Origin: Bigelowiella natans CCMP2755
Lineage: Eukaryota > Protista > Cercozoa
Reading direction: 5' to 3'
Assembly (NCBI GenBank): GCA_000320545.1
Contig: ADNK01002063.1
Span: 1 to 64,000 of the forward strand
Length of the DNA stretch: 64,000 nucleotides
The position numbers and the translations under genes are program-made. The notes under the pieces are model-generated. The model did not search any database, was not told where the DNA came from, and worked only from the letters and a program-made list of their open reading frames with translations. Of the stretch, positions 13,700-26,307 are shown piece after piece. The stretch's first letter is position 1, and the number at the start of each line of letters is the position of its first letter.

Positions 13700-15042
13700 A
13701 TGGAAATGGAGAAAGGGAATGAATGGTTTTTGAGAGGCTATGGAGGGGATGGGGGGGGGGGGACATCGGAGAGGTTGCTTTATCAACGAGAATGGGGTGA
13801 AAACGGCGCTGAGCTGGCGTCTGTTTTGTCTATCAAACCAGACCCTGCGAAACGACTATTTTGGTGCGTTAGATACCATAAAAGGACGAGGACTGGTGAT
13901 AATATATATTAATATATATATATATATATATATATTTATATCTATATACAGCTCACGTTTTCGATCGCGGCTAAGCTTCGTGTAGGTTCTCCAAAGCTTC
14001 CATCTTCTCCGCCGACTTCACTGTTCACATGGCGTCGTTCATCCTCCTCCTCCTCATCATCATCATCATCATCACCGCCATAATGAGGAAGCATTCCTTG
14101 GCTCGCAATGTCCCCCCCCCCCCCCGGGCAAACATCAAGAATGCTAGCGGATACAGCGGCATCTGCCGCGGCTAATCGCAGGAGCTCAATCAAACGACGT
14201 GGCCTTTCCGACACCCAGGTCTCAAGAACCCTCCGTATGAAGCCGATTCTGGCTTGTGCGCGGTACCTGAAAAGAGCAACGCACACACACACCGGTATCT
14301 GTGAGCTATGGCACGATTATTCGCGCACTGATCTAAAACGGTAAGGTTCCATCTCAGACATTGTACGACGAATCTCAGGTGGGGTGGAGGAGGGGGGGGG
14401 GGGACGCGCCCTGCCGGCCAGCAATTTCGTGGGAGAAAGAGAGAAGGAGAGACGGAGGGAGGGGGAGAGAGAGAGAGAGACTCAACTGGGGTTGTCATTT
14501 TGATGTGTGGTTCGGATTTCATGTGGAAATGGAATTTCTTGTCACGGACAGCAGCGGAGCATGCCGTCGAGACACGCGTAAGAATATAAAACATGAATAA
14601 TAATATCCTCGTTCTGCCCCTCCTTTCATTCGTCTCTTCTCGCCTTTTTGGCTGCTTTCCATTGGTAGTCTATTCGTATGCTTGTTGACCTGCTTCCCCA
14701 CCAGGTGTAGCTCGAGACGAATTGATGTGACGTACAAGCTTCGACCTAACGTTTGCCACGCAGCATCAGCCCCACAACACACCAGATAGTCGTCATCACT
14801 ATCATCCTCCTGCTCATCGTCTTATCCCCCCCTCCCCCCCCCCTTCTTCTCTCTATCGTTTTCTATGTGTCTTAGTGATGAGGAATTGGTGACTGACGTT
14901 TATGCGGACGTGTTGGACCAACAAGTCCAGCACGAAGTACAGGGAAGTCACTTGGATCATAGCGCCGACAACGGTGCAGCAGAGGTACAGATGCTGTCAT
15001 TATTCAACCCTCGGGATACGCGGATGGAATTCAGAAAAAGAA

Positions 15043-15084
<42 letters not shown>

Positions 15085-15177
15085 TTAAGCCGTCAAAGCA
15101 AAGTAAAGGCCGACCTCTCCCAGGTAGATGGATACCAACCGCAGCAAGGTGTTTTCATCTTCAACGATTCCCCATAG
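13700..15177 (+). CDS. Hypothetical multi-exon protein
   Basis: Phase-compatible GT-AG exons: MEMEKGNEW; ..KPDPAKRLFW; FSKASIF..; ..MKPILACARYLKRATHTHTGICELWHDY..; DEELVTDVYADV..; VDGYQPQQGVFIFNDSP*. No recognisable domain. Confidence 0.4.
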
Positions 15178-15362
15178 GCGTAAGTGGCATTGCAGTGTCA
15201 TCACGAGCTGTAGCGAGAGCTGCCAGATAGAGAAGAAGAGGTGTTAGCGATTCTAAAAGTGCTGCTGGGGGTGCGCTTCTAGTCGCTATCGGAGTATATT
15301 TTACCGTTGTTTTGTTCGATAGCTTGGAATTAGGGAGGTGAATTAATGATATGTATATATGC

Positions 15363-15404
<42 letters not shown>

Positions 15405-15412
15405 ATATGTCT

Positions 15413-15495
<83 letters not shown>

Positions 15496-15549
15496 ACAAC
15501 GACCTCATTGAATAAACATGGTGATACGCAGAGCTATTAAACAAGCACG

Positions 15550-15581
<32 letters not shown>

Positions 15582-16661
15582 TTGCACGTGTGTCAAGGAG
15601 CTTACCAGCAGTGCGGCCATGGTCATGAATATTATCCACGGTATGTAGTTGGTTTTCCCTATGCACTAATGATGATGATGATGACGATGATGATGATGAC
15701 GAATGTAGAAAGTGTATAGGCAAGCTCGTAGTGTTTCCAAAGTATGGCGGAAGAAATGATTTTCATGCCAATAGTGATGATGATTACGCAATCTAATCGC
15801 TACCATTATCATCATCACCATCTTTATCATCATCATCATCAATGCTATCCTCGCCGTCGTAATAGAAGTGTACGTGCTTGATGTCACACGCTCAACCTAC
15901 AACTTACTTGATTCAGGTAGCGGCAATGGTGGTCAAATCCGATCACGCACTTGTTGCATGAAAAACAGTGCTTCCTGTGCTCGCCGCCGTAGCATTTGCC
16001 ACATGCGCTGCATTGGAACGGTATCGGCAGATGGTGCTGATGGAGCAAATACAATTGCAAAAAAACATCAAAATTGTTATATGTCCGAAGCAAAAATAGC
16101 TTCACGAGGATCGGTATATTGTTTGCTGAAAAATGCGACGGAAATTCTGATTGTATTTTTCCGATCAACGAACATCGATGTCTGTGGTGCTGCGAAAATG
16201 CGCTCATCAATGCAACAAGCAGCGACGAAGGAACACCCACTTCAGACTCTTGGGCGGAAGGATCATACGTCTCGAGAAATATGAATAGTCCAGCGAAGAT
16301 GCAGTGGAAGAGGGCTGCCAATTTATAGTTGAACCGTCGTTAATATTATTTTAAGGCGAATTTCTATCACTTGCTGTTCCTTATGGAGGGAAAATACTAC
16401 CAAATACAACCCACTGCCAGTTGGCACGCTGTGTGTATGCTTGCAAGGACCAGAGCACCTGTGTGTTACGTTCATCATGCGCCAAAGCATGCTAATTGTT
16501 GATGGCGGAAATTCTGGATGGAATTGTCACAGGTAGATATTTTATTATCCGGCATATCCATGGCTTTACCGGCCCATAGAAAACGGCGAAATCAAGTCCG
16601 AGAACTGCGAGCATCGTGAATTGCCAGGGGTGCCACGGGCATTTACCTCCAGCCGCTACCG

Positions 16662-16709
<48 letters not shown>

Positions 16710-17260
16710 AAACGAACACACAAAAACACACGCACACGCACAAGCACACACAGAAGTATGAATCAACACAAAAGTGACATCCGTGAAGACTTTGCAAATG
16801 CAATGGCAGGGAAGTTATGCTTGTATTCGATCTTCGATGTTGGGGACTCCGTGACACATACTAGGTATTACATATGCGAGGCTTGTCTACGCTTCGAATG
16901 GAATTAAGGCGACGGTACGTCACCACAGAAGCACTTAGTAGTGTCACCAGTATCCCCGAGAACACCGCCATCACGACAGGGTCCGACTGTGGCACGTAGT
17001 TTAGATACAAAGTGACGGGGAGTGAGGGGGGGGGATAAGACAGCTCAATAGCCGAATTCACAGAATAAATGCCGTTCATTTAGGTTCCAGTTGCTTCTAC
17101 TCGTACCTCCATTGGGCCGTCCATGTTGCGAGGCCACCCCATCGTACCCCCTCTTCAAACGGGGCGCCCTCGTTTGGCAGACAATTTTTTTTTTCTCTTG
17201 GTACGGATGAAAGCGGATTCGCTTCCTGCGACAACCCAGCAGCGGATCAGTCAAACCCAT
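15161..17260 (-). CDS. DHHC-type protein S-palmitoyltransferase (ZDHHC1/11-like N-terminus)
   Basis: CSACGK..RKHCFSCNKCVIGFDHHCRYLNQ|CIGKTNY is the DHHC-CRD signature. Upstream TM exons (PWHPWQFTMLAVLGLDFAVFY; ALFHCIFAGLFIFLETYDP). 5' and 3' ends uncertain. Confidence 0.85.
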
Positions 17261-17881
17261 CTTACAAAATGTTACGAAATTACAGATTCCTGGCAAATTT
17301 CGGCAGGAACATAGGCCAACTCCGGAAATCTGGTTCAGAATATCTTCGGTAGCCTTAGACTTTTCGAAAAACCACTGTGCACGCCCAGAGGGTATCGGGA
17401 TTTCATCCATTCTTTGACTAAATCAGGATGTTTTTCATGTCGCATAAGATTTTGTTCCTATGTTAGAAGGAAAGAATACGAGAAAAATCAAACCCCGCGT
17501 TGATCCGTAGCTTGCTTTCCAAAATACGACCTGAATTGTTGTTCAGACTCTAGCTGCACTAAAAGACTAGTCTTTTTATATGAATATAGGCTAATTTATG
17601 CATTTTTTCTTTATATTTGATGTCGTTTTTAAAAAAACAACCCATCTGATTTTTTATTGATACCAACAACGTGTTTTGGTTTACCAGCAACGCCTTTAAT
17701 CCCAAAGTTTATATTTGCGCTTACGCGGATGCGTTCCAATATTTCATATTTTCACATTTAAATACTATATTTTTACCAAAATATATTCTATTTTATTTAA
17801 ATATATTGCTATTTTGCAAGAATTTAGATCTTGCTGCATTCGCGATACCTCCCACCAATAGTCGAGTAGCCCCCCTGAAAA

Positions 17882-19731
17882 ATGTCTCTCCTTGCTCGTG
17901 TTGCACGCCGTGCATCCCCCCAATACAATCGATTCCTCACAAGGGGAGTCGCGACCATCCAAGATACTGTTGCTGAGGTTTTGTAATTTTAATCTGTAGA
18001 TAGATGCGCATATGTAGTAAACGTGAGAATTTCACAGTGTGTTAATAAATGAGTTCGGGACAACGGAATTTTAACAACAGAGAGTTTCTAGATGACCTTA
18101 AAAACGCAAAACTGCCTCTAAATTTTAGTCACCTGCCGGAATCGTGAATGCATGTGCGCTCTCATCCTGTGTATATTTGCTACTGCGCTCACGGTTCATT
18201 GGTTTCTTTTCTTGCAGTGTGTTCCAGTTTGGAGAGCGGATATCAAAGATCTCCGAGGCAAACATGGAGATAAGGCAATTCATCTTTTTACTCTTTTAAT
18301 AGGGACGAGCACATGATATAGAGACTAGAAAGACCGCGTCTATAAGGAAATAAAAATAAAAGAGAAAACGATGATTTTTCCAATCTTCGCCTCGGATCAG
18401 GTTCTTTGTGAAGTCACTGTAGATCAAGCCATTGGCGGTATGCGCGGGATTAAGGTATGACCCCCCCCCCAAAAAAACAAAATGTTGGCGTGGGTATTTT
18501 TCTTCCTCTCATCCCCATCTACATTCATTTCACCGCCTTACCTCGCCATAGGGAATGATAACGGAAACCTCCTTGCTTGACCCTGAGGAAGGCATCCGGT
18601 TCCGCGGATATTCCATTCCAGAGTAAGAAAGAATCATTTAGCACATAATGCGTATATCTTTTCACCGGTGTGATTTGGTTGGGGGAATAAGTGCATTTTG
18701 ACATGTGCGAATATCAGATGCCAAAAGCTGCTCCCTAAAGCGCCAGGAGGAAACGAGCCGTTGCCCGAGGGGCTCTTCTGGCTGCTCCTCACAGGCAAAA
18801 TTCCTACAACAGAAGAAGTCAAAGGATTGAGCGAAGATCTTGCGAAACGGTGCGTCAGCTCGATGGATATTGGAGTCGTCCATTGTGTTTTTTAAAACCC
18901 CGCAACCGAGTGTGTGTAGAATGCGTAGGCACGCAAAGAAACCTACTGATTGCTCTGCTGCTCAGATCCCAACTTCCAGCGCACGCAAAAGAGATGATCA
19001 ATAACTTCCCAAAGGTAATGCAGATTCATAGCAATGATAACGCAGCATTGGTGGTGTAGACGGCTGCCATGTGGAGGCTGAACATAATGTAAACTATTGA
19101 AGTATCAAAGCTGAAATCCATGCCTCTACAACGATAGGATATGCATCCTATGACGCAGCTCTGCAGTGCTGTCTTGGCTCTTCAGGTAAAACTTGTTCTA
19201 GATTTGAAATATATAGTAGAGAATCTCGATCCTAGCGGCGCGCGCCGCCGTCGTCTGAGATCGATAAGTTCCCGTGGTGATGTCGTTTGTTCTGCCCCTG
19301 TCCTACGCAGACCGAGAGCAGCTTCGCCAAAGCGTACCTTTCTGGCAGCGTGAACAAGATGGAGTGAGAAATCTAACAGCATGCGGCGCATGCGAGCCTT
19401 ACGAACAACGACAGCTATGATAAGACTCGCATAATGACCACGCACGGACACCCAACAGCATTTATCGCCAGTGCTGCGTTTGTAGTGATTGCTCTTGCTG
19501 TTCGCTATATGTTTAGCTACTGGTCGTACACGCTAGAGGACAGTCTTGACTTGATTGCCATGCTCCCTGAAGCTGCAGCTCTTATCTACCGCAACAAGTT
19601 TAAGGGAGGTTGTAGTACACGTAGTAGTAGAAGTATCCACTAACTTCTCCTGGTCTTCGATATTTATTTTTATTTACTCATCGTATTTTTAATAATCATG
19701 CTATTATTGCGGCCACCTCCCCCTCCCCCTC

Positions 19732-19772
<41 letters not shown>

Positions 19773-20033
19773 CTCTTCTCACTCACTCATCGGTCTTTGC
19801 GTGTAATGCAAACCCCCTCCCGGCAGGAAGTCACATTGCTCCCGATCTGAGCTTGGATTGGGGGGCAAACTACGCGCATATGGTGTGTGCTTGCTACGAG
19901 AAGAGAGGCAAATTAAGATAGATGTGCTTTGCATAGATATTAGATGATTTCAGACAGGTTCCAGATTCGCTTTGAACGAATAAACTAATAGCGTCAATAT
20001 GGCTCATTCCTCGAGTTTGATCTCTAGTTTTTG

Positions 20034-20085
<52 letters not shown>

Positions 20086-20087
20086 TC

Positions 20088-20124
<37 letters not shown>

Positions 20125-20482
20125 GTGTTTCGCTCCCTAGATGGGCTATGATGACGCAGAGTTCATCGAGCTTATGAGGCTGTACCTTACGATCCACACC
20201 GATCACGAGGGCGGTAATGCAAGCGCCCACGCAACGGTAGGATACAAATTACAAATGGGAACCGTTATCGTCATCGTCGTCATCATCATCCTCATGATCA
20301 TTCATAATCATCGTCGTTGTTTTTGGTTGATGATACGTCTTCGTCTCCATGCCGCTATCAACTCCGTGTGCTTCCATTTCACTATGCAACGAGTGCCTAA
20401 GCGTTTATGGTCTTTCTGTACGTGGTTGTTTGCGTGTGTGTGTGTGAGGCGGGGGCACACCGTGTGAGCCCGATATATTATA

Positions 20483-20527
<45 letters not shown>

Positions 20528-20689
20528 TATATTTAATGTCGTTGTATCTTATTAGCATCTGGTTGGGTCGACGCTATCTGACCCTTATCTTTCATTCTGT
20601 GGAGGTAACGCACGCCGCACACACAGCACCACCAGCAGCAGCAGCAGCAGTGTAGCTTGACAGTGATGCGCATTGTTCCTCCATCTCTA

Positions 20690-20729
<40 letters not shown>

Positions 20730-21536
20730 ATTTATATATATTTTTATTTATTTATTTATATGCACGCACTGAGGGCAACTAACTGGGTCATTTTGATTCC
20801 TCTTCCTCTCCTCCTCCTCCTCTTCCTCTCCCTCCTGCCGCTACGTGCGCGCGAATTTAAAAGGAATGACTGCCCTCGCTGGCCCTCTTCACGGACTTGC
20901 AAACCAGGAAGTTCTCCGATGGCTCATGAAGGTAATAATACCGCTTTTTGTCCTCCTGCGGAAAGAGTTGTTTCCACGACAAGTGCGGCAGCCATTCGCC
21001 ATTGAACGGAGCCGCGCCATAGAAGAAGACATTCTCGGCGATGATGATGATAATGATGAAGATGATGATGATGGTGGTGATTCGTGGCCAGCAGTAACAC
21101 CACTACTCGATCAGTACTGTGTAAACCATATGTTTGATATTTCTCCATTGCGTTCTTTGCTGAACACCCCCCCCCCCCCCCCTTCCCCACAAACCCCAGT
21201 TCAAGGAAGATCTGGGAGATAAAGAGATCACCCCGGAGGCCATCACCGAGGCAGCCTGGGCGACGCTCAAATCAGGAAATGTTATTCCTGGCTTCGGTCA
21301 CGCAGTTTTGCGCAAGACGGTAGTGTTATTTATTGCCGCTGCTGCTGCTGATGGTGGTGGCGGCGAGTGGCGATGGCGATGGTGTACGCGGTGTGTATTT
21401 GTGGTTATCTGTGAGCTTATGCGTGGGCGCGTGTGTTTGTAGGATCCCCGCTACATGTGCCAACGCGAATTTGCGCTGAAGTTTATGCCTGATGACGAGA
21501 TGTTTAAGCTGGTCTCCACGTTATATGAGGTACTAT

Positions 21537-21569
<33 letters not shown>

Positions 21570-21595
21570 GAGATGGATGGATGGACAATGGCGCA

Positions 21596-21635
<40 letters not shown>

Positions 21636-22279
21636 TATAATATATTATGAGCGATGAACTGCTCAGCCGTGTGATCATCGGTCGTGGGCATGAAAGTCGT
21701 CTACGTGTCATCACTTTTACGATTTCCACCCGTTGTTTGAGAGTGTGGAGAGGTTCTCGCCCTAAAACGGTGTGAGCCGCATCATCATCATCATCATCAT
21801 CATCAATCACGAACAACTACAACGATGTCAATAACAGGTCGTTCCCGGCGTTCTGACCGAGACTGGAAAGGTGAAGAACCCTTGGCCAAACGTGGATGCG
21901 CACTCTGGCGTCCTCCTTCAGCACTACGGCTTTACAGAGGTAGCAAAAGAGAAACCTATAACAGATTATTATGATATGATATTGGCAGCATACGCTCCGC
22001 GTTTGCCTACGAAGCCATGCTATCTACATCTAGTGCTAATTCTTCCTCAAGACGAATATGTTCGCAACCCTTTTCGTCGCTGTTCTTCCTGTTAATTTCT
22101 GTGCCTTTCATTGCCTTCCCTCCCTCCGTTAGGCTGAATACTACACCGTACTCTTTGGGGTCTCGCGGGCATTGGGCGTTCTTTCCTCCCTCGTTATTGA
22201 CCGCGTGCTTGGCCTACCACTGGAGCGTCCCAAGTCGATGACCACAGAATGGATCCGACAGCAATTCGAAACCAGCTGA
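17882..22279 (+). CDS. CS: Mitochondrial citrate synthase, 17 exons
   Basis: Presequence [22 protein letters not shown]. Conserved [68 protein letters not shown] and LERPKS. All junctions phase-consistent. Stop TGA at 22277-22279. Confidence 0.98.
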
Positions 22280-23694
22280 AGAAGGCGGGAAAGAGGAGAA
22301 TAACGTCCATCCACGGAGTAAATAATACTATTGCCACCACCACTATCACCACCACGCACGCACTTCCTTCAAAAAGCAGTCATAAATCCATAAACAAGCC
22401 GTTGCGGGAACGAGCGACGATCTCTGTCAGCAGCATGTTAAGTAGTTTTCGCGGTCAGCCCGTTCGCGATGGTGTAACTACGTTATTCGTGATGTTGCAT
22501 CGTCTGATCAGTGTATGTACCGTGCATTCGCAAGTTACAATCATGAAAGAAGTAGGCTCTCCATCTAGCCATGCGGGAGGTCTGGTCTAGAGGTGCCGAG
22601 CCCATGCATGAACCATTTTGCCGTCCTCTTGTCCTGTTTCTGATTGTTGAGGGCTTTCTAGCTTTGTCGTCTGCAAAAAATTGCTACAAGTCACAAAATC
22701 TTGTGCACAGCAGGAGTTGCAGTTCGCACGAGATGAGATCTTTTTTCTAAGCATGCTTGCATGATTCGCTGCTCATGTTGCGCGTGGCGTGCTTGTAAAG
22801 CAAGCATAGCTGCGGTCTGAGATGAACAGTGGTTTCATTGTTTTGGTCAAATTTGACAGCATGCATCAAGTCATGATTGCTAGCTTGATTGATTGACTAA
22901 CAGGCCTTCTTGGTGAAGGTCTGCTTGCTAGCTAGCTCATTGGCACCCAGGCCTTTCCATGCTAGCATGGCCTGGCTAGCTGGTCTAGTGGTCTTGCACA
23001 TTGCTAGATGATTGGATTTTCCCGTCGCGATCGACATGCGGTGTTTTGTTTGGGGGTGCGACAACCCCCCGCCTCAGCTTGTCGCGCCTGAGGTGACTTT
23101 CGCTTGATCACCTTGCGTGCCACACTTCACGTGCAGATCCCACAAAACGAGGACGCCCCGACTCGAAACTCTACATGCACCCAGGTGATGAGAACACGTC
23201 CACCCCCTCTAGCCCTCCGCCAGCCCAGCATTGTGTGTCCAAAGTCCCAACGTTTCACGCCCGGACCAGCAGAGTCAGCAATCCTCTGCTGGTCTTCCTG
23301 GGCCACGCTGGCACGGACAGTGATGCTGCAGCTGCCACCACATGCCACCCACCTTCATCATCCCTTGCCTCGATGTTTTGTGTGTGCTGGTGTGTTCTGC
23401 CTTGCCACAGCTAGACTGCTGCTGCTACTACCACCACTGCCACAACTGCCACCACCACACTCAGCACGTGATGGACGTGCTGGCGTGTGATGCAATGCTG
23501 GAATGTGCATGGCGGTCCATTGCATGTCTGTCAGGATTCACGTTGCCAGTGTTGCTAGTGCCACTACTCGCAACACCATGCCTCCTTTGCCACCACCAAA
23601 AAACTAGTTTCAACACTGCCTCATTCACCCAACATGAACACTGTGGCGAGGGAGATGCATGCATGCAGAATTGCACGCAGTTTCCCCCACTTCT

Positions 23695-24835
23695 CAAGGG
23701 GGTTTCACTCCCCCGGGTTTTGGTCCGTGTCGTACTCGGAATCCACTCCAAACTTCTTCCGAAGCACCACAGAAGACTTCTGGACGTGTGAGAAGGTCCA
23801 GAATTGTCCAGAAAGGGGTGCAAAAAAGTGGATTTTCAAGAAAAAAAATCGAGGGCAAAAACTTTGGGTGCCGCGGAAAGGGTCCCCTTTGCGCGTTGGC
23901 TCAAAAAAACATGCTCAGAGGCCGTGTCAACAGCAACTCCATCACCTCCAGAAGTTCCACTCCAAAATTCGCAAAATTGAACGTTTCCGCGCCAAAAAAG
24001 CGCTTTTTTTTTTGTGGTTTTGACTTTGGTGAGTTTTCGATGTGTGGCTCCTAGCGGCCTGCACGGCGGTGCTGATGCGGCAATCAATGAAGCTGGATGT
24101 GATGCGCGACGCGCAGCTTCAGAGCTGCTTGGGATTGGACGCACGAGCAAGACGTGTGGGCGCGATGGCGCACACTGGCACACTGTGTGCGTGCCCAGCG
24201 CGCGCGCACGCAAGCACTCACAGCTTCCCACTCTGATGCACACCTGTCACTTCATCATCAAATTGAAGCCAGACACGTCGCGACGTTGAAATTGTCACGT
24301 GCAGGCACGTGCAGAAGAGCGTGCACGCGCTGTGCATTGTTGTCATCGTTGTCACCCGATCGACGCACGGGAAGAGCTGTGAGGCGTGTGTTGTGGAATG
24401 GACTTCACTTTTCCAATCATTGTCATCCCAATGCAGCTGCGCAAAGCTGCGGCAGGAATCGAAGCGGGAACAACCACACGATGTGAGCTGTCGTTTGGAC
24501 TGCACAGCTCACAGCGCCACTCTCAGACATCGATGGGAAGGGCGGGAATGATGAACAATGAACGATGAACAAAGCATTGATCAAATCTGCATGCGCCAGG
24601 GAAGTGGGTTGGGCACATCTGAGACATCCCAGTGACACGATGCCAAGAGTTCCGCCAATGTGCATCTTGGGCAATTTCACTGGACATTTTGTGGATGGTT
24701 TTTGAAGAAAACACTGAGGAATTTGAACAAAATTTGCACTTTTTTGGGTGAAATCGAAAATTTTTTCCCGGCTGACGCCGGGGCAAAACCGCCGAGCATG
24801 ACACGGACCAAAAACCGGGGAGTGAAACCCCCTTG
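23695..24835. mobile_element. Non-autonomous TIR DNA transposon (1141 bp), hAT- or P-superfamily-like
   Basis: Imperfect ~45-bp terminal inverted repeats (CAAGGGGGTTTCACTCCCC..GTTTTGGTCCGTGTC..CTCGG). Perfect 8-bp target-site duplication CCACTTCT at 23687-23694 and 24836-24843. No transposase ORF. Confidence 0.9.
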
Positions 24836-25064
24836 CCACTTCTGCTTCTTCCTGCCGAATGTCGCGAGTGGGAGCGTGGGAGCCCAATCAAACAATGTGC
24901 GGTCGGTGTGAATTAGTCGTAGGATGAAAACGGCCTGTATTTTCCCAAAATCATGATTTCCCAAAATTCACCTCGCCCAGATCCAAGCCAGCAACAAACT
25001 ACGCGCTCGTCGTTCGCCCCGTCTCGCTGAACATTGAACAAGCTGAGCGTGGGATAAGCTCGCG

Positions 25065-25602
25065 ATGCTCGAAGGGTAGCATGTGTTCTTATGTAACCAT
25101 CACAGGGCCTCTGCGAGCGAATGACCCAAGTTGAAGAGAGTGTGCAAACTCAAACTCTCCTGTACTGAGCGACATCTGCTCTGTTCTCACGCTTCCCCTC
25201 GTGCATCTTTGCTGTTTTGTTCTCTCCTCAGCTCCATAGGGAGGATTTTCCTATGCGCCGGGATGGTGCTAATCGTGCTCGCTACCATCCCGCTTTCGAT
25301 GCAGATGTACAAAGAGCAATCAAAGTACTACTAGTTTCTTCAGCGTTTCTAATCTGACTGACCACCAATTTTGACATGATCTAATGGTGTGAAGGCCCCA
25401 GCCGTCTACTCACGGCCCTTCGATCTTGCAGCAGGATCCGAAGCAAAATCTCGCAGGTTACGAATGAGTATGTAATTTTCATCAGGCAAAATGAGGAAAG
25501 CAAGCCATGTAGTGCTGCGAAACCACCTCTTTACATATGTTAAACAATCTAGCCTCCCCATCCATCCTATCCTCCTCCTGCTACTATTACTACTATTACT
25601 AG

Positions 25603-25633
<31 letters not shown>

Positions 25634-26274
25634 ACGATGGTGTGTCGGCGGTAAGTCGGATGCGGAAGGGGAAGTGCTGTTGTACTGAGCTCGTAGCATA
25701 TTTCATTATTTAGTAATGGAAGCTGCGCAAGCTGCGAAAGCGGCAGCGAAAGCAGCGGATGCATCGACAAAGGCCGTCGAGGAAATGCAGAAGGAATTTC
25801 AAAAGCACTTGACGAAAATCAATGAAGACTGGGTTGATTCTGACCGTAGATGTGTGTCTCGTTCATACTGTAAAGGCGGCTGCGCGTTGGCGTGCACGTG
25901 TGATGGTGGTGGTGGTGTGGGGGGGGGAGGTGCTGCAATCTAGTATTCCTAGTCATTAATTCGTGAGTTGTAGCAGCGATGACTGCAACGCATCGTTTCA
26001 TTGTGATCATTATTAATAGAATTTTATTATCCTTACTCCTTCCTGCCTAAAACGCGTAGGAATCGCGTTTCAAATCCATAGAGCGTAAGCTTGTGATCCA
26101 GGCAGAGGACTTCGAGATTAAGCTATCGACCGAGAGAGCGACACGAAAGCTCAACTCAGCCCTTTCCGACGCCCTGGACAAGATCGGTGATACGTTTGGG
26201 AAATTCGCAGAGAACATACAGCAACAGCAGAAGCAGATAACTAGGGACATGATTGTAGCGAAACAAGAGCTGCT

Positions 26275-26307
<33 letters not shown>

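Noticed and set aside
24548-24570. ATGATGAACAATGAAC shared with about 63354-63375
   Set aside because: The match is short and explicable as independent decay of ATAATAAATAAT-type low-complexity DNA; flanks do not align.
22560-24840. Explaining TG/CA richness by ordinary CpG methylation decay
   Set aside because: CpG remains abundant in these tracts while TpA is the missing dinucleotide.
23104-24964. Many overlapping 70-155 aa ORFs on both strands
   Set aside because: They arise from loss of TAA/TAG stops in TpA-depleted DNA. No domain or transposase motif is present.
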